Notes: generated by a model not told the origin, from the sequence alone. A stretch of 64,000 nt of DNA from Synergistota bacterium (GCA_021159885.1 JAGHDO010000068.1:16118-80117), one strand, 5' to 3'. Positions 1 to 11,298 are shown, counted from the first letter of the stretch. A program made the numbers and translations.

Positions 1-830
1 TGCGCATTTATAAGAAACTCCCCGTATATCTTCTTCTCGCCTGTTGAGGGATTTCTTGTAAACGCGACACCGGTCCCAGAATCATCTCCCATGTTGCCAA
101 AAACCATGGTTTGAACATTTACCGCGGTTCCCATCTCATCGGAAATGCCATGAATCTTTCTGTAGACCTTGGCTCTCTCGTTATTCCAAGATTCAAAAAC
201 CGCAGCTATAGCCATAAACAGCTGTTCCCACACATCTTGAGGAAAGTCTCTACCTTTCTCTTTCCTTATAAGCACCTTATAATCTTCTATAACAGCTTTC
301 CACGTATCGGCATCGACCTCATTATCGTACTTAAACCCCTTCTTCCTCTTCCATCTATCTATGATCTCCTCAAATCTATCGTGAGGGATTCCCATCACTA
401 CATTTCCAAACATCTGGATAAGCCTGCGATAGCTATCATAGGCGAATCTCTCGTCATTCGTTTGCAAAGCAAGCCCCTTAACCGTTTCATCATTTAAGCC
501 GAGGTTCAGGATGGTATCCATCATCCCAGGCATAGATATAGGAGCACCTGATCTGACCGAGACTAAAAGAGGATTCCGGGAGTCTCCAAATTTTCTTAAG
601 GTCTTTTCTTCCAGTATCTTCATCTTATCTTCTACATCCGCTTTTATTTCATCTATTATCTTTCTTCCTCTCCTCAGATACTCTCTGCAAACAACGGTAG
701 TTATGGTAAAGCCCGGTGGAACAGGCAAGCCTGCTCTCGTCATCTCAGCAAGCCCAGCGCCTTTACCTCCAAGCAGTTCCCTCATTTGAGCACTGCCTTC
801 CTCAAACAGATATATCAGCTTTTCTCTCAT
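1..830 (-). CDS. ppdK: pyruvate, phosphate dikinase (5' part; runs off window start)
   Basis: Not in ORF track. Manual translation from ATG at 830 gives MREKLIYLFEEGSAQMRELLGGKGAGLAEMTRAGLPVPPGFTITT, and further on LLVSVRSGAPISMPGMMDTILNLG, which is the classic PPDK N-terminus. Confidence 0.95.
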   Translation of the reverse strand, partial: MREKLIYLFEEGSAQMRELLGGKGAGLAEMTRAGLPVPPGFTITTVVCREYLRRGRKIIDEIKADVEDKMKILEEKTLRKFGDSRNPLLVSVRSGAPISMPGMMDTILNLGLNDETVKGLALQTNDERFAYDSYRRLIQMFGNVVMGIPHDRFEEIIDRWKRKKGFKYDNEVDADTWKAVIEDYKVLIRKEKGRDFPQDVWEQLFMAIAAVFESWNNERAKVYRKIHGISDEMGTAVNVQTMVFGNMGDDSGTGVAFTRNPSTGEKKIYGEFLINA

Positions 831-1635
831 CAAGCAGTCCCCTCCTTTCGAGGTAAGATATTACCTCTTGGGCAGTTTCCTCTATAGCCTTGCTCGTCAC
901 ATCTATTATGGGAACGCCAAGCTGTTTCATAACCTCCTCAGCATACTGTAGCTCTTCCATAACTCTCTCAAGCTTAACATAATTAACCTCGCTTCCAAGC
1001 CCCATAAGTTTAAGCCTTTCTTGCCTGACCTGTACGAGCTTTCCCGGTTCAACCGTTAAGCCTACTATTCTTCCTCTATCCATCTCGAAAAGCCCCTTGG
1101 GAGGGTCAACTTCGGGCACAAGCGGTACATTGGCCGCAAATATACCCCTATATGCGAGATACATAGAAACGGGCGTCTTCGATACCCTTGAGACTCCTAT
1201 TAAAACAACATCTGCCTTCTTCAACCCTGGAAGATATTTACCATCGTCACACTTAACTGCAAATTCTATAGCTCTTATTCTTCTAAAGTAAGCCTCGTCC
1301 ATCCTTCTAAGCAAACCAGGTTTCTCAGTGGGTTTTCTACCTGATGTCCTTTCCAGAGCCGATATTATGGGACCAAGAATATCAACGCTTAACAATCCTT
1401 TCTCATTCGATCTTTTCCTCATATACTCTCTAAGCTTCGAAGATGCAAAGGTATAAATTATTAACGGCGCTCCCTCCTTGACTGCCGTATCAAGAACTTC
1501 ATCAACGTGCTCTTCCTTAACTATGTGAGGGAATCTCTCAATTTCATAGTTAAGGCCATGAAATTGAGAGAGAGCAGCTTTGCAAACGAGATCAGCAGTC
1601 TCACCAGTAGAGTCCGAAACGACAAAAATCCTCAT
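802..1635 (-). CDS. ppsR: PPDK/PEP synthase regulatory kinase-pyrophosphorylase (DUF299)
   Basis: SDSTGETA, AIEFAVKCDDG and GVSRVSKTP motifs; adjacent to ppdK. Confidence 0.93.
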   Translation of the reverse strand: MRIFVVSDSTGETADLVCKAALSQFHGLNYEIERFPHIVKEEHVDEVLDTAVKEGAPLIIYTFASSKLREYMRKRSNEKGLLSVDILGPIISALERTSGRKPTEKPGLLRRMDEAYFRRIRAIEFAVKCDDGKYLPGLKKADVVLIGVSRVSKTPVSMYLAYRGIFAANVPLVPEVDPPKGLFEMDRGRIVGLTVEPGKLVQVRQERLKLMGLGSEVNYVKLERVMEELQYAEEVMKQLGVPIIDVTSKAIEETAQEVISYLERRGLLDERKADISV

Positions 1636-1642
1636 GGCTCTA

Positions 1643-3697
1643 TCAACCCGCCAGCAGGGAAATAGTTCCTATTCTCTCAACATGGTCTCTTATCATTTTA
1701 AGAAGCCTAAGTCTATTTAGCTTAAGATCTTCCTCAGGAGCCATAACAAGCACGTTATCAAAGAAAGAGTTTATAGCATCTGTCAGAACGAAAAGCGCTC
1801 TCATAAAGCTCTCATATTCCCCTTTAAGAAAAAGAAGCTCTGTTTCTTCCCTCAAATCAGAGAAAGAACGATATAGCTTCCACTCCGCCTCCTCCTTAAG
1901 AAGCTCTTCCCTGATCTCCCCCTCAATTTCTATTCCCTTAAGTATATTTACAACCCTAACGAATGCAGAAGCAAAGCTCCTAAAGTCCTCATCCCCAAGA
2001 AGCTTCTCTAAAACGGTAGCTCTCCTGAGCAGATCAAGAGGTCTCGACCAGTCGGGAGCCATAACCGCCTCAACAACCTTATGAGAAAATTTTCTCTCAC
2101 GAAGCTGATTTCTCAACCGCGCTTTAAAGAACTCTATTACCTCGCTTCTAACAGAAGCAGGTGCCTTAAGCAGTTCTGTGCTCCTTGAAATAATCTCCTC
2201 AAGAGATAGATTAAGCTCCCTTTCCCATATTATCTCGTTTACGGCACGAGCTTGCCTCCGCAGAGCATACGGATCTTGCGATCCACTCGGAGATAAACCA
2301 GCCATGAAGCAGGAAACTATGTTATCAATCTTATCTGCAATTCCAACTATTATCCCCGTCCATGTCCTTGGGAGCTCGTCACCGGAGAAGCGAGGGAGAT
2401 AGTGTTCGTATATGCCAAGAGCTACCTCCTCGCTCTCGCCGGATCTAAGGGCATATTCTCTTCCCATCACGCCCTGAAGCTCCGGAAACTCACTGACCAT
2501 ATCAGTTACGAGATCCGCCTTAGCAAGATAAGCGGTTCTTGAAACCAGCTCTGATGATATTGGAGAGCCAAGCTTGAGATTTATATCGAGAGAAAGGGCC
2601 CTTATCCTTTCCATCTTCTCATACATGGTTCCAATCTTTTCAAGAAAGATAACACCTTTAAGGAGAGGAACTCTCTCCTCAAGGGTATGTTCAAGATCCT
2701 TCTTAAAGTAGAAGTCAGCATCCTCAAACCTGGCTTCAAGAACTCTCTCATATCCCTCAACTATTTCATCCATGAGAGAAGCTCTATTATTACTTATCGC
2801 GATAAAATAGGGTAGAAGCTTTCCATCACTCTCATATACGGGAAAGTATTTTTGATTTACCTTCATGACCATGACAAGAACTTCGCCTGGGAGCTTCAGA
2901 AACTCTTTTCTAAAACTTCCTTTCACCGGCACGGGATACTCCGTTAAGAAGACATTTTCCTCGAGAAGCTCCTCGTCAAGAAGCTCCCTACCTCCAACCT
3001 CTCTCTGAAACCTTTTGACTCCTTCCTTAATTATCCTTCTCCTGTCAGCAGGATCAAATATAACAAACTGCTTCTTAAGCTCACTGAAAAATTCCTCAAC
3101 GTTCCCAACCTCAATCTCTAAAGCTCCCATGAACCTATGTCCCCTTGTCTTTCTTCCACTCTTCAATCCCTCAAGGTCAAATTCAACCACCTCATCACCA
3201 TAGAGAGCAAGAAGCCAACGTATAGGTCTAAGAAAGCGAATATTTCCCTTCCATCTCATCGATCTCGGAAGGGGAAGAGAAAAAATAAGATCGGGCAAGA
3301 GTTTCTTTAAGACATCAATTGTCGGTCTCCCCCGATGCCTTTTAATCGCAAAAACATACTCTCCTTGCTCCGTTTCCTTAACCACGAGCTCCTCAACGCG
3401 AACGCCCCTGCTTCTTGCAAAACCAATGGCAGCTTGTGTAGGATGCCCCTGCGCATCAAAGGCAACCCTTCTTGGAGGACCCCTGATCTCCTCAACCAGA
3501 TCTTCTTGGATCTCGGAAAGTCCCTTCACGAAAAGTATCAACCTTCTCGGCGTTCCAAAAGTCTTAATTTCTTCAAACCCCAAACGCTCTTTTTTCAACG
3601 AAGATGTTGCGTTTTCCTCAAGAGCCATAAGAAGAACCGGAACACTGCTTGCGGGCAGTTCCTCAGTTCCTATCTCAAAAACCAGATCTCTGCTCAT
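1643..3697 (-). CDS. glyS: glycine-tRNA ligase beta subunit
   Basis: FEIGTEELP, TPRRL, EFPELQGVMG and GSQDPYALRR motifs. Confidence 0.97.
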   Translation of the reverse strand: MSRDLVFEIGTEELPASSVPVLLMALEENATSSLKKERLGFEEIKTFGTPRRLILFVKGLSEIQEDLVEEIRGPPRRVAFDAQGHPTQAAIGFARSRGVRVEELVVKETEQGEYVFAIKRHRGRPTIDVLKKLLPDLIFSLPLPRSMRWKGNIRFLRPIRWLLALYGDEVVEFDLEGLKSGRKTRGHRFMGALEIEVGNVEEFFSELKKQFVIFDPADRRRIIKEGVKRFQREVGGRELLDEELLEENVFLTEYPVPVKGSFRKEFLKLPGEVLVMVMKVNQKYFPVYESDGKLLPYFIAISNNRASLMDEIVEGYERVLEARFEDADFYFKKDLEHTLEERVPLLKGVIFLEKIGTMYEKMERIRALSLDINLKLGSPISSELVSRTAYLAKADLVTDMVSEFPELQGVMGREYALRSGESEEVALGIYEHYLPRFSGDELPRTWTGIIVGIADKIDNIVSCFMAGLSPSGSQDPYALRRQARAVNEIIWERELNLSLEEIISRSTELLKAPASVRSEVIEFFKARLRNQLRERKFSHKVVEAVMAPDWSRPLDLLRRATVLEKLLGDEDFRSFASAFVRVVNILKGIEIEGEIREELLKEEAEWKLYRSFSDLREETELLFLKGEYESFMRALFVLTDAINSFFDNVLVMAPEEDLKLNRLRLLKMIRDHVERIGTISLLAG

Positions 3698-3712
3698 GAA
3701 AGAACGACCTCC

Positions 3713-4585
3713 TTAGAACTTATTAAGCAATGGGAAGCCCATCTCTTCCCTCTGCTTTATGTATGCTAAAGCACACTTCCTCGCCAGATTCCTGACTCTG
3801 GAGATGTAGTGGGTTCTCTCCGCGACGCTTATAGCTCCCCTCGCATCGAGAAGATTAAACGTATGAGAGCACTTTAAAACATAATCATAGGATGGGAGAA
3901 CAAGCCCCTTATCGACGAGCCTGGCTGCTTCCCTTTCATACATTTCAAAGAGCCTCTTGAGCATGTCCACATCGGCTTCATCAAAGTTATATATGGAATA
4001 CTCAACTTCGCCTCTATGGTGAACATCCCCATATGTTATGGATCCCACCCATTTAAGATCAAAAACTGACTTGACTTTCTGAACAAACATCGCTATTCTC
4101 TCGATACCATAGGTAAGCTCAACGGGAATAGGATCCAGATCAATTCCTCCCACTTGTTGAAAATAAGTAAACTGTGTTATCTCCATCCCATCAAGCCATA
4201 CCTCCCATCCCAATCCCCAAGCCCCTATAGTAGGAGCCTCCCAATCATCCTCAACGAATCTTATATCATGTTCCTTAGGATCTATACCAAGTGCTTCAAG
4301 GCTTCTTAAATATAGTTCCTGGATATCATCTGGAGCAGGCTTTAATATGACCTGGTATTGATAATAATGCTGAAGCCTATTCGGATTCTCCCCATATCGT
4401 CCATCGGTGGGACGACGGGACGGCTCTACATACGCTACTCTCCAGGGCTCTGGCCCCAGCGACCTTAAGGTAGTCGCTGGATTCATCGTTCCAGCTCCAA
4501 CCTCTATATCATACGGCTGTTGAATAATACAACCCTGCTCCGCCCAGAACCTCTCAAGCCTGAATATCACTTCTTGAAAATTCAA
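3713..4585 (-). CDS. glyQ: glycine-tRNA ligase alpha subunit
   Basis: [40 protein letters not shown]. Start placed at the TTG at 4585, downstream of GGAGG. Confidence 0.97.
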   Translation of the reverse strand: MNFQEVIFRLERFWAEQGCIIQQPYDIEVGAGTMNPATTLRSLGPEPWRVAYVEPSRRPTDGRYGENPNRLQHYYQYQVILKPAPDDIQELYLRSLEALGIDPKEHDIRFVEDDWEAPTIGAWGLGWEVWLDGMEITQFTYFQQVGGIDLDPIPVELTYGIERIAMFVQKVKSVFDLKWVGSITYGDVHHRGEVEYSIYNFDEADVDMLKRLFEMYEREAARLVDKGLVLPSYDYVLKCSHTFNLLDARGAISVAERTHYISRVRNLARKCALAYIKQREEMGFPLLNKF

Positions 4586-5309
4586 GTTCAACACCTCCTG
4601 AAACTTTTTCAAAAACTGCTCTTAGATAATTAAAAACTTCGTTCAAAGCACGAGGACTAAAATTCACCTTCTTAAAGAAGGAAAGAGGTTTTTCCTGAAA
4701 AGCTCTTATCAGAGCTATAGATTCTCCCCCAAGGTTAAAGCTTCCACTCTTTAAAGAGCAACTTTCACAAAGTGGGCCACTTGAAGAATCCTTAAGATAA
4801 GCAGCATCTTTAAGAGCTCTTCCGCAGTTGGAGCATACCTTAAACTCAGGAAGAAAACCCAGAAGATATAGAGCTTTTGCCAACGCTACAATTCTGAGAA
4901 GCTCTGGATCGCCTCCTTTTTCAAGCTCCCTAAAAAAAGAAAATGTTGTATCGAACAACTTGGCCTCGGGAACCCCATAGGGAAGAATCTCATTCAGGAA
5001 AAATAGATAGGAAAGAGCGCTTGAAAGCCTGTTTGATGAGGACCTTATCCCCAAGAAAGAATTAGCAACGCTAAACTCCTTAACATAATACTTACCTGAA
5101 GTGGAAAGGTAGAGCATCAAGGTTCCGTAATTAAGTGGCTCCATAGTTCCTCCAAACCTGTTAGGTATCCTTCTGGCACCAGGAGCTATAGCAAGTAGCT
5201 TACCCATCTCACGCGTGAAAAAGATCACCAGCTTATCGAGCTTCGCCTTCCACCTGATCATAAGAATAGATTCCAGTTTAAAGAAGCGTTTCCTGCTCAC
5301 CCCTCCCAC
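4554..5309 (-). CDS. recO: DNA repair protein RecO
   Basis: [17 protein letters not shown]-fold start, CxxC..CxxC zinc finger, conserved era-recO-glyQ context. Confidence 0.85.
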   Translation of the reverse strand: MGGVSRKRFFKLESILMIRWKAKLDKLVIFFTREMGKLLAIAPGARRIPNRFGGTMEPLNYGTLMLYLSTSGKYYVKEFSVANSFLGIRSSSNRLSSALSYLFFLNEILPYGVPEAKLFDTTFSFFRELEKGGDPELLRIVALAKALYLLGFLPEFKVCSNCGRALKDAAYLKDSSSGPLCESCSLKSGSFNLGGESIALIRAFQEKPLSFFKKVNFSPRALNEVFNYLRAVFEKVSGGVELEFSRSDIQA

Positions 5310-6679
5310 CCCAGAACGCGTAGGAAAACAAATGCAAGAGAAAAATATATAAGCAAGCCAGTTATATCGTTCATAGTGGTAATAAAAGGACCCGAAGCCA
5401 GCGCAGGGTCCACCCCAAGCTTATCAAATATCAGAGGAATGAGAGCTCCAACACCAGCAGCAACGGCTATAGCAATAATCATAGATATAGCTACGACGAC
5501 ACCGACCATATAATCATGATGAAGGGAAATTCCAACGCCTCCAACGACTAATCCGCTTATGGCTCCCATTATAGCGCCTACTTTTACCTCCCTTAAGAGA
5601 AGCTTCTTGAGCTTCTCAGTATTAACCTCGCCCGTCGCTATGCCCCTTATCACGATGGCAGCAGCCTGAGTGCCAGCATTTCCCCCAAGCGCCATTATCA
5701 TAGGAATGAACCAAGCTAAGGAAACCACCACTTTTATAATAGCATCAAACGATCTTATAACGTTAGCAGATATAGATTCCCCCACGAGGCTCACCATAAG
5801 CCAAGGAAGTCTAAGCTTTACTATTTTCAATGACGATGTTTCAGCTCCTTCGTCAAGGCTACCAACCATTTTATATATATCCTCTGCCGCCTCTTCTTCT
5901 ATAACATCTATGATGTCATCGAATGTCACTATCCCAACGAGTCTCCCCGCTCTATCCACCACCGGAACCGCAAGGAGATCATACTTGGACACCACACGCG
6001 CCACTTCCTCCTGATCCGTGTCAAGATTCACCTTTATAACGTTTGGATTCATTATCTCCGAAAGACGAAGATCTGGCGGAGAAGTCAAAAGATCCCTCAA
6101 TGACAAAACTCCACTGAGCTTTCCATCTTCATCCACAACGTAGATATAATATATGGTCTCAACCTCAGAAGCCTTTTTCCTAAGCTCGTCCATAGCCTCC
6201 CTAACGGTCATATCCCTATGGAAAGCTATAAACTCAGTGGTCATTATTCCACCAGCGCTTTCCTCAGGATAGTAAAGAAGTTCCCTTACTTCCTCTGCAT
6301 CTTCTCTCTCCAGAAGCTTAAAAAGCTCGTCTCCTTTTTCACCAAGATCGGCAAGTATATCCGTAACATCATCATAAGGCATCTCAGAAAGAGCACTCTT
6401 CAGCTTATCCTCGGGTAGAATATCTATAAGCTCCCTTAACAAGTCGAGCCTATCCATCTTATAAAGCTCCGCCATAACAAGAGCAAGCTGTTCCCCTTTA
6501 AGGAGCTCTATTATCTTACGACTTCTCTCCAGCCCAAGCTCCCCTATGAGGGTAGCTATATCTGCTGGATGAAGCGAATAGAGAAATCTGTCAAGCTCCT
6601 CTCTTGACGCTATATCCTCTCTATTCAGAAGATTTTCAGCCTTAGCCCTGATAGCCTGAAAATCCAAGTCTCTTAACAT
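5297..6679 (-). CDS. mgtE: magnesium transporter MgtE
   Basis: YPEESAGGIMT, CBS pair, GGNAGTQ and DPALASGPFITT..D motifs. Confidence 0.95.
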   Translation of the reverse strand: MLRDLDFQAIRAKAENLLNREDIASREELDRFLYSLHPADIATLIGELGLERSRKIIELLKGEQLALVMAELYKMDRLDLLRELIDILPEDKLKSALSEMPYDDVTDILADLGEKGDELFKLLEREDAEEVRELLYYPEESAGGIMTTEFIAFHRDMTVREAMDELRKKASEVETIYYIYVVDEDGKLSGVLSLRDLLTSPPDLRLSEIMNPNVIKVNLDTDQEEVARVVSKYDLLAVPVVDRAGRLVGIVTFDDIIDVIEEEAAEDIYKMVGSLDEGAETSSLKIVKLRLPWLMVSLVGESISANVIRSFDAIIKVVVSLAWFIPMIMALGGNAGTQAAAIVIRGIATGEVNTEKLKKLLLREVKVGAIMGAISGLVVGGVGISLHHDYMVGVVVAISMIIAIAVAAGVGALIPLIFDKLGVDPALASGPFITTMNDITGLLIYFSLAFVFLRVLGWEG

Positions 6680-7553
6680 CTGTTTCCGATCTCCTCCAGT
6701 CTTCCCTAACCTTTACCCACAGCTCAAGGTAAACTTTCTTGCCCAAGATATGCTCTATCTCCTCTCTTGCCATTTTCCCTATCTTCTTAAGCATGCTTCC
6801 TCTTCTACCGATGATTATCTTTCTGTGAGAAATCCTCTCAACATATATGATAGCTTTTATATAAACGAGGTTCTTCCCTTCTCTTTCCTGCATATCCTCA
6901 ATGACAACGGCAGTGGAATACGGTATTTCCTGGTGAAGCTCATAAAAGAGCTTCTCCCTTATAATTTCAGATACTAAGAAGCGTAAGGGCTGATCACTTA
7001 TCATATCGTCTGGATAAAGTAGCTCTCCTTCCGGAAGAACCTCAAATATCTTTTCTAAAAGTACATCGAGATTAGTCCCCTTTACGGCTGATATAGGTAT
7101 GACCTCCCTAAAATATACCTTGTCCTGATAGAGCTCGACCGCTCTCCAAAAGCCCTCTTTATATTCGAGCAAATCTACCTTATTAACGAGCAGGAACTTA
7201 GGCGTATCCACCTTTCTAAGAACAGATATAATTATCTCATCTTCCTGAGATAGCTCTTCGTCAAGCGCCTCAGCGAGATAGAGTATAAGATCGACCTCCT
7301 TCAGAGCATCGACAGCTATCTTAACCATTTCTTCGCCAAGCAAGTGTTTGGGCTTATGAATGCCAGGAGTGTCAACAAATATTATTTGCCCCTCGGGACG
7401 CGTAAGGATACCTCTTATCTGCGTCCTCGTAGTTTGAGGCTTGGGAGAAACGATAGCGACCTTCTTACCTAAAAGCGTATTCATCAATGTAGATTTCCCC
7501 ACGTTAGGCCTGCCAACTAAAGCGACGAACCCAACTCTCTTCCGCCCACTCAT
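6642..7553 (-). CDS. era: GTPase Era
   Basis: GRPNVGKST, PQTTR, DTPG, NKVD and KH domain with IIGRRG. Confidence 0.97.
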   Translation of the reverse strand: MSGRKRVGFVALVGRPNVGKSTLMNTLLGKKVAIVSPKPQTTRTQIRGILTRPEGQIIFVDTPGIHKPKHLLGEEMVKIAVDALKEVDLILYLAEALDEELSQEDEIIISVLRKVDTPKFLLVNKVDLLEYKEGFWRAVELYQDKVYFREVIPISAVKGTNLDVLLEKIFEVLPEGELLYPDDMISDQPLRFLVSEIIREKLFYELHQEIPYSTAVVIEDMQEREGKNLVYIKAIIYVERISHRKIIIGRRGSMLKKIGKMAREEIEHILGKKVYLELWVKVREDWRRSETDVKRLGFSGYQG

Positions 7554-7948
7554 CTTTCCAGCTTAAAAGCGAGAGGAAGCAGCTCCTCAAGCTTTCTCTC
7601 AACGAAATCTCCGCTAACGTTGCCCATCACAACGAGCATATCGCTTGAGAACTCACGCAAAACCTGCCTACACGCCCCACAAGGAGGTACGAACTCCGAA
7701 ACGTCTCCCACCACAGCTATAGCTTTGAAGCTCCTATACCCTTCCGAAACCGCTTTAAAAAGCGCTACTCTCTCCGCGCAGATCGTCAATCCATATGAGG
7801 AGTTTTCGACATTACATCCTGAAAACACCTTACCCTCGCGAGTAAGTATCGCAGCCCCAACCTTAAACCGAGAATAAGGAGCATATGCAAAATCTCTGGC
7901 TCTTATGGCGCACTCAATTAGCTTTTTCCTCTCAATCTCTGTAAGCAA
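7550..7948 (-). CDS. cdd: cytidine deaminase
   Basis: AYAPYSRFKVGAA, CAERVA, PCGACRQ. Confidence 0.95.
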   Translation of the reverse strand: MLTEIERKKLIECAIRARDFAYAPYSRFKVGAAILTREGKVFSGCNVENSSYGLTICAERVALFKAVSEGYRSFKAIAVVGDVSEFVPPCGACRQVLREFSSDMLVVMGNVSGDFVERKLEELLPLAFKLER

Positions 7949-8963
7949 CGAGCCTCACCCTCTTTTTCTTTTTAACTTCAAGCTTTATATCGAAGAGCTT
8001 CAAGCTCTGCTCTATCAGTTTAAGAGCCGAAGCTAAAACATCCGAATTCCCCACCGCCTTTATTACTACTGGATCAACGGCTATAGGTCTGTGATTAACA
8101 AGTATAACGGGACCTACACATCTAATAGAGGAGTTGACTATCAATCTCTCTCCTCCTATTTGAATTCCGACAGCTCCAGCGGCAAAAAGCTCATTAACTA
8201 TATCCCTGAGATCACTATCATGTATTATATATGACTCTCCCTCTTCCTTTCTCGCATCGTATACCTTAATTATCACTCCTTCTCCCTCAAGGGGAGCAAA
8301 TCCTGCAAGACTCTCGAGAGCCTCGAGACGGGCTTTTAAGCTGAGCGCCTCGGTGCGTAGCTTCCTTAATCTGGTTTCGAGCAGATCCATAGTGAGAACG
8401 CTCACTTTACCATTATCTATCTCTATTCTTATCTCGGAAGATAATCCCTGAAGAATTGGATTTTCTTTGATTGCGGAAATTGTCTTCGATGTGAGAACTC
8501 CCTCGGCATCAAATACAGTTATTTTTCCATCACGTGATCTCTTTATCACGATTTCGGCTCTGTCTCTAAAGTCCCTTACACCGGGATCTAATGATATTAT
8601 CCTCAAGACTTCCTTTTCTTGTCTCCTTCGGCTTTCCTTTACTATAGTTTCATGAAGAAAGCGTCCATAATAAAGTATAGCGCTCATAGTTTCCTGCGCA
8701 GTGGGAGCAGACTCTGTCTCAAATCTGAATTCCGCAAGCGCGTTTCTCACCAAGGGCGCCTTAGAAACACCAAGCTGATTCGCGAGAAGCTCGTAGTATT
8801 CAAGAAGAATAACAGCCATTCCCTTGGCTTTTTTCAGCTCTGCTGCTTCCCCACCAAGCTCATAAAGCCCCAAATTCCTTGCCAAGAAAACCGTATTAAG
8901 AACCACCAGAGCTAATATCAGCCAGAGGAGCAGCCTTTCCCTTCTCGCTGGGCTTCCAAACAT
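7932..8963 (-). CDS. DUF881-family membrane-anchored protein with N-terminal extension
   Basis: C-terminal IHDSDLRDIVNELFAAGA..I.IGGERL..SSIRCVGP; N-terminal TM and coiled coil. Start at ATG 8963 after GAGGAG. Confidence 0.75.
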   Translation of the reverse strand: MFGSPARRERLLLWLILALVVLNTVFLARNLGLYELGGEAAELKKAKGMAVILLEYYELLANQLGVSKAPLVRNALAEFRFETESAPTAQETMSAILYYGRFLHETIVKESRRRQEKEVLRIISLDPGVRDFRDRAEIVIKRSRDGKITVFDAEGVLTSKTISAIKENPILQGLSSEIRIEIDNGKVSVLTMDLLETRLRKLRTEALSLKARLEALESLAGFAPLEGEGVIIKVYDARKEEGESYIIHDSDLRDIVNELFAAGAVGIQIGGERLIVNSSIRCVGPVILVNHRPIAVDPVVIKAVGNSDVLASALKLIEQSLKLFDIKLEVKKKKRVRLVAYRD

Positions 8964-9567
8964 GCTCCTCATCACCCCATATTTCTGTAGCGAGAACCCC
9001 ACCAGATATAACGAGTTTAAGCCCCTGCTCAATCGTTATCGGCAGGGGAATTACCTCACTTGGTGGAACGAGAACCATGACTCCCGAAGTTGGATTAGGA
9101 GTCGTGGGAATGAAAACTATAAGAAGCTCTTCCCCTTTAGGAGTTATCCTTCCTCCCCGCTTATTAGTAACAAAACCTATGCAGTACATTCCTCTCCGCG
9201 GATATTCAAGGAGAACGACCTCTCTGAAGGATCTGTCTCCTTTAACGAGAAGAACTTCCATTATCTGTTTTATAGTCATGTAAACTCCCCTTACAAGGGG
9301 GATCTTTGCCAAAAGCCTTTCGTATATTGAAACGAGCTTCTTACCTATGTAATTCGCAGTAAGCATACCGATCAAGATTGTCATAAGTATAAGAAACCCC
9401 AGAAAGAGAAAGCTCAATCCCGGAATTCTATAACCAGTAAGCCTATAGACTATTCCTCCGAGGTTGGCATCGACCCATAAAAATATCTTGTAGAAAACAT
9501 ATATAGTAATTATCGCAGGTATAACAAGAATCAAACCCGTTAGGAAATAGTGTCTAAGCTTTCTCAA
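8896..9567 (-). CDS. DUF502-family membrane protein
   Basis: VLLEYPRRG, FIPTTPNPTSG, GLKLVISGG. Confidence 0.9.
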   Translation of the reverse strand: MRKLRHYFLTGLILVIPAIITIYVFYKIFLWVDANLGGIVYRLTGYRIPGLSFLFLGFLILMTILIGMLTANYIGKKLVSIYERLLAKIPLVRGVYMTIKQIMEVLLVKGDRSFREVVLLEYPRRGMYCIGFVTNKRGGRITPKGEELLIVFIPTTPNPTSGVMVLVPPSEVIPLPITIEQGLKLVISGGVLATEIWGDEEHVWKPSEKGKAAPLADISSGGS

Positions 9568-10822
9568 GACTCTTCTCCTCCCTTGAGACCAGAACCTTTT
9601 TTATCCTGTTCTTTCTCACCTCAAGCACCCTGAGCCGGAGTCCCTCAAACTCAGCCTCCTCCCCGACCCTGGGTATCCGTCCAAACAACGAGTATATAAG
9701 ACCCGCAACGGTATCGTAGTCACGCTCATCGAGATCGATATCCATCTCTACCAGATCTAAGAGGTCTTCCATGTTAAGCTTACCATCAACTATAAACGTG
9801 TTTTCATCCACTTTTTCTATTGTGGGTAGTTCTTTATCATACTCGTCTTCGATTTCCCCTACTATCTCCTCAAGTATATCCTCCATGGTCACAAGTCCCG
9901 CTGTACCGCCATATTCATCTATAACAATAGCTATATGTATCTTCTTCTCCCTAAGTTCCTCGAAAAGCTCCTTAACGAGCTTGGTTTCGGGAACAAAATA
10001 AGGAGGTCTCACGAAGCTTCCTACCTTTTCCTCCCATCTTCCCTCTGCCATTACCGGAATCAAATCTTTGGCGTAAAGCACGCCGATTATATTGTCTACC
10101 GTGGACTCATACACCGGAATACGAGAATGCCCATGCTCCTCAATAACCTTAACGGCATCTTTAACCGTTGAGGAAGCATCCAGGCAAACCATATCAAGCC
10201 TGGGAACCATTATCTCCCTAACGATCTTATCCTCGAGCTCTATCACTCCCTTTATTATCTTCTTTTCCGATTCCTCAAGCTCCACCTCCCCACCTTTCTG
10301 AGAAATCAGCATCTCGAGCTCCTCGCGCGTGAGAAGCGGATAAAGGAAGCTCTTCTCATCATTCCTCGCAAGCAAGTTGGCAAGCTTAGAAAGGGTTACG
10401 GCGAATGGGTAAGCCACTATAGAAAGCACATACATAAGGTAAATGATTTTCTTTGCGAGTCCCTCAGCGTATCTTAAAGCCAATCCCTTTGGCGTTATTT
10501 CCCCAAAAACGAGTATGAGAAAAGTCATAATGCCAATTGCTATACTTACCCCAGAGCTCGGGAAAAGCCTTAACGAAAGGGAAGTGGCTAAAGCCGAAGC
10601 AGCTATGTTAGCGAGATTATTTCCTATAAGAATCGTGACAAGAAACCTCTGCGGATCCTCCAAAAGAAGCTTCCACGCCTTAGCTTTGGAAGGGTCCTTT
10701 TCGATCAAACTTAATATCTTTACTCTGCCTAAGGAGATCAAAGCGGTCTCCGAGGCTGAAAAAAGAGCAGATAATAAAAGAAAAAGGGCTAAGAAAAAAA
10801 CCTCTGTACTAGGGAAATCCAT
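9554..10822 (-). CDS. CNNM/CorC-family (DUF21-CBS-CorC_HlyC) protein
   Basis: FSASETAL, ILIGNN, FGEITPK, HSRIPVY, DEYGGTAGLVTMEDILEEIVGEI. Confidence 0.93.
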   Translation of the reverse strand: MDFPSTEVFFLALFLLLSALFSASETALISLGRVKILSLIEKDPSKAKAWKLLLEDPQRFLVTILIGNNLANIAASALATSLSLRLFPSSGVSIAIGIMTFLILVFGEITPKGLALRYAEGLAKKIIYLMYVLSIVAYPFAVTLSKLANLLARNDEKSFLYPLLTREELEMLISQKGGEVELEESEKKIIKGVIELEDKIVREIMVPRLDMVCLDASSTVKDAVKVIEEHGHSRIPVYESTVDNIIGVLYAKDLIPVMAEGRWEEKVGSFVRPPYFVPETKLVKELFEELREKKIHIAIVIDEYGGTAGLVTMEDILEEIVGEIEDEYDKELPTIEKVDENTFIVDGKLNMEDLLDLVEMDIDLDERDYDTVAGLIYSLFGRIPRVGEEAEFEGLRLRVLEVRKNRIKKVLVSREEKSLEKA

Positions 10823-10848
10823 CTTTCAGCCCTTCCTTCTCATTCTCA

Positions 10849-11298
10849 TTATATCAGATATTCTCTCTCTTTTAAACGCATCCTTTCTTTATCTTCATTT
10901 GAAGTGTGATCGTAGCCAAGCAGGTGAAGCAATCCATGAATTACAAGAAGCTTAACCTCAGATCCAGGGGCCCAGCCTGCTTCCTCAGCTTGCGAAATTG
11001 CCCTATCTACGGAAACTATCACCTCTCCTAACATGAAGAATGGCACTTTCTCATCAAGCTCATCCACCATAGAGAAGGCCAAAACATCTGTCGAACCTTC
11101 CCTCCCAGTATAAGTTTGATTTATAGGTATCATTTCTTCATCGCTAACAAAAGCTATGCTAACCTTCAGCTTAGAAAGGGGTATTTTCCCCCTATATTCT
11201 CCCCCGATAACCCTACGAGCTATCTCTCTCACCTCTCTCTGATTTAGCTTTACCCTCCTTAATAGCTTCCTTGGATCGCTTATTAGCACCCTCAACAT
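10849..11298 (-). CDS. ybeY: endoribonuclease YbeY
   Basis: TDVLAF and HGLLHLLGYDH motifs. Confidence 0.92.
   Translation of the reverse strand: MLRVLISDPRKLLRRVKLNQREVREIARRVIGGEYRGKIPLSKLKVSIAFVSDEEMIPINQTYTGREGSTDVLAFSMVDELDEKVPFFMLGEVIVSVDRAISQAEEAGWAPGSEVKLLVIHGLLHLLGYDHTSNEDKERMRLKEREYLI

Noticed and set aside
111-789. Plus-strand ORFs 111-497 and 511-789, and the many other short antisense ORFs in the track
   Set aside because: They are shadows of well-supported genes on the opposite strand (here ppdK) and have no recognisable motifs.
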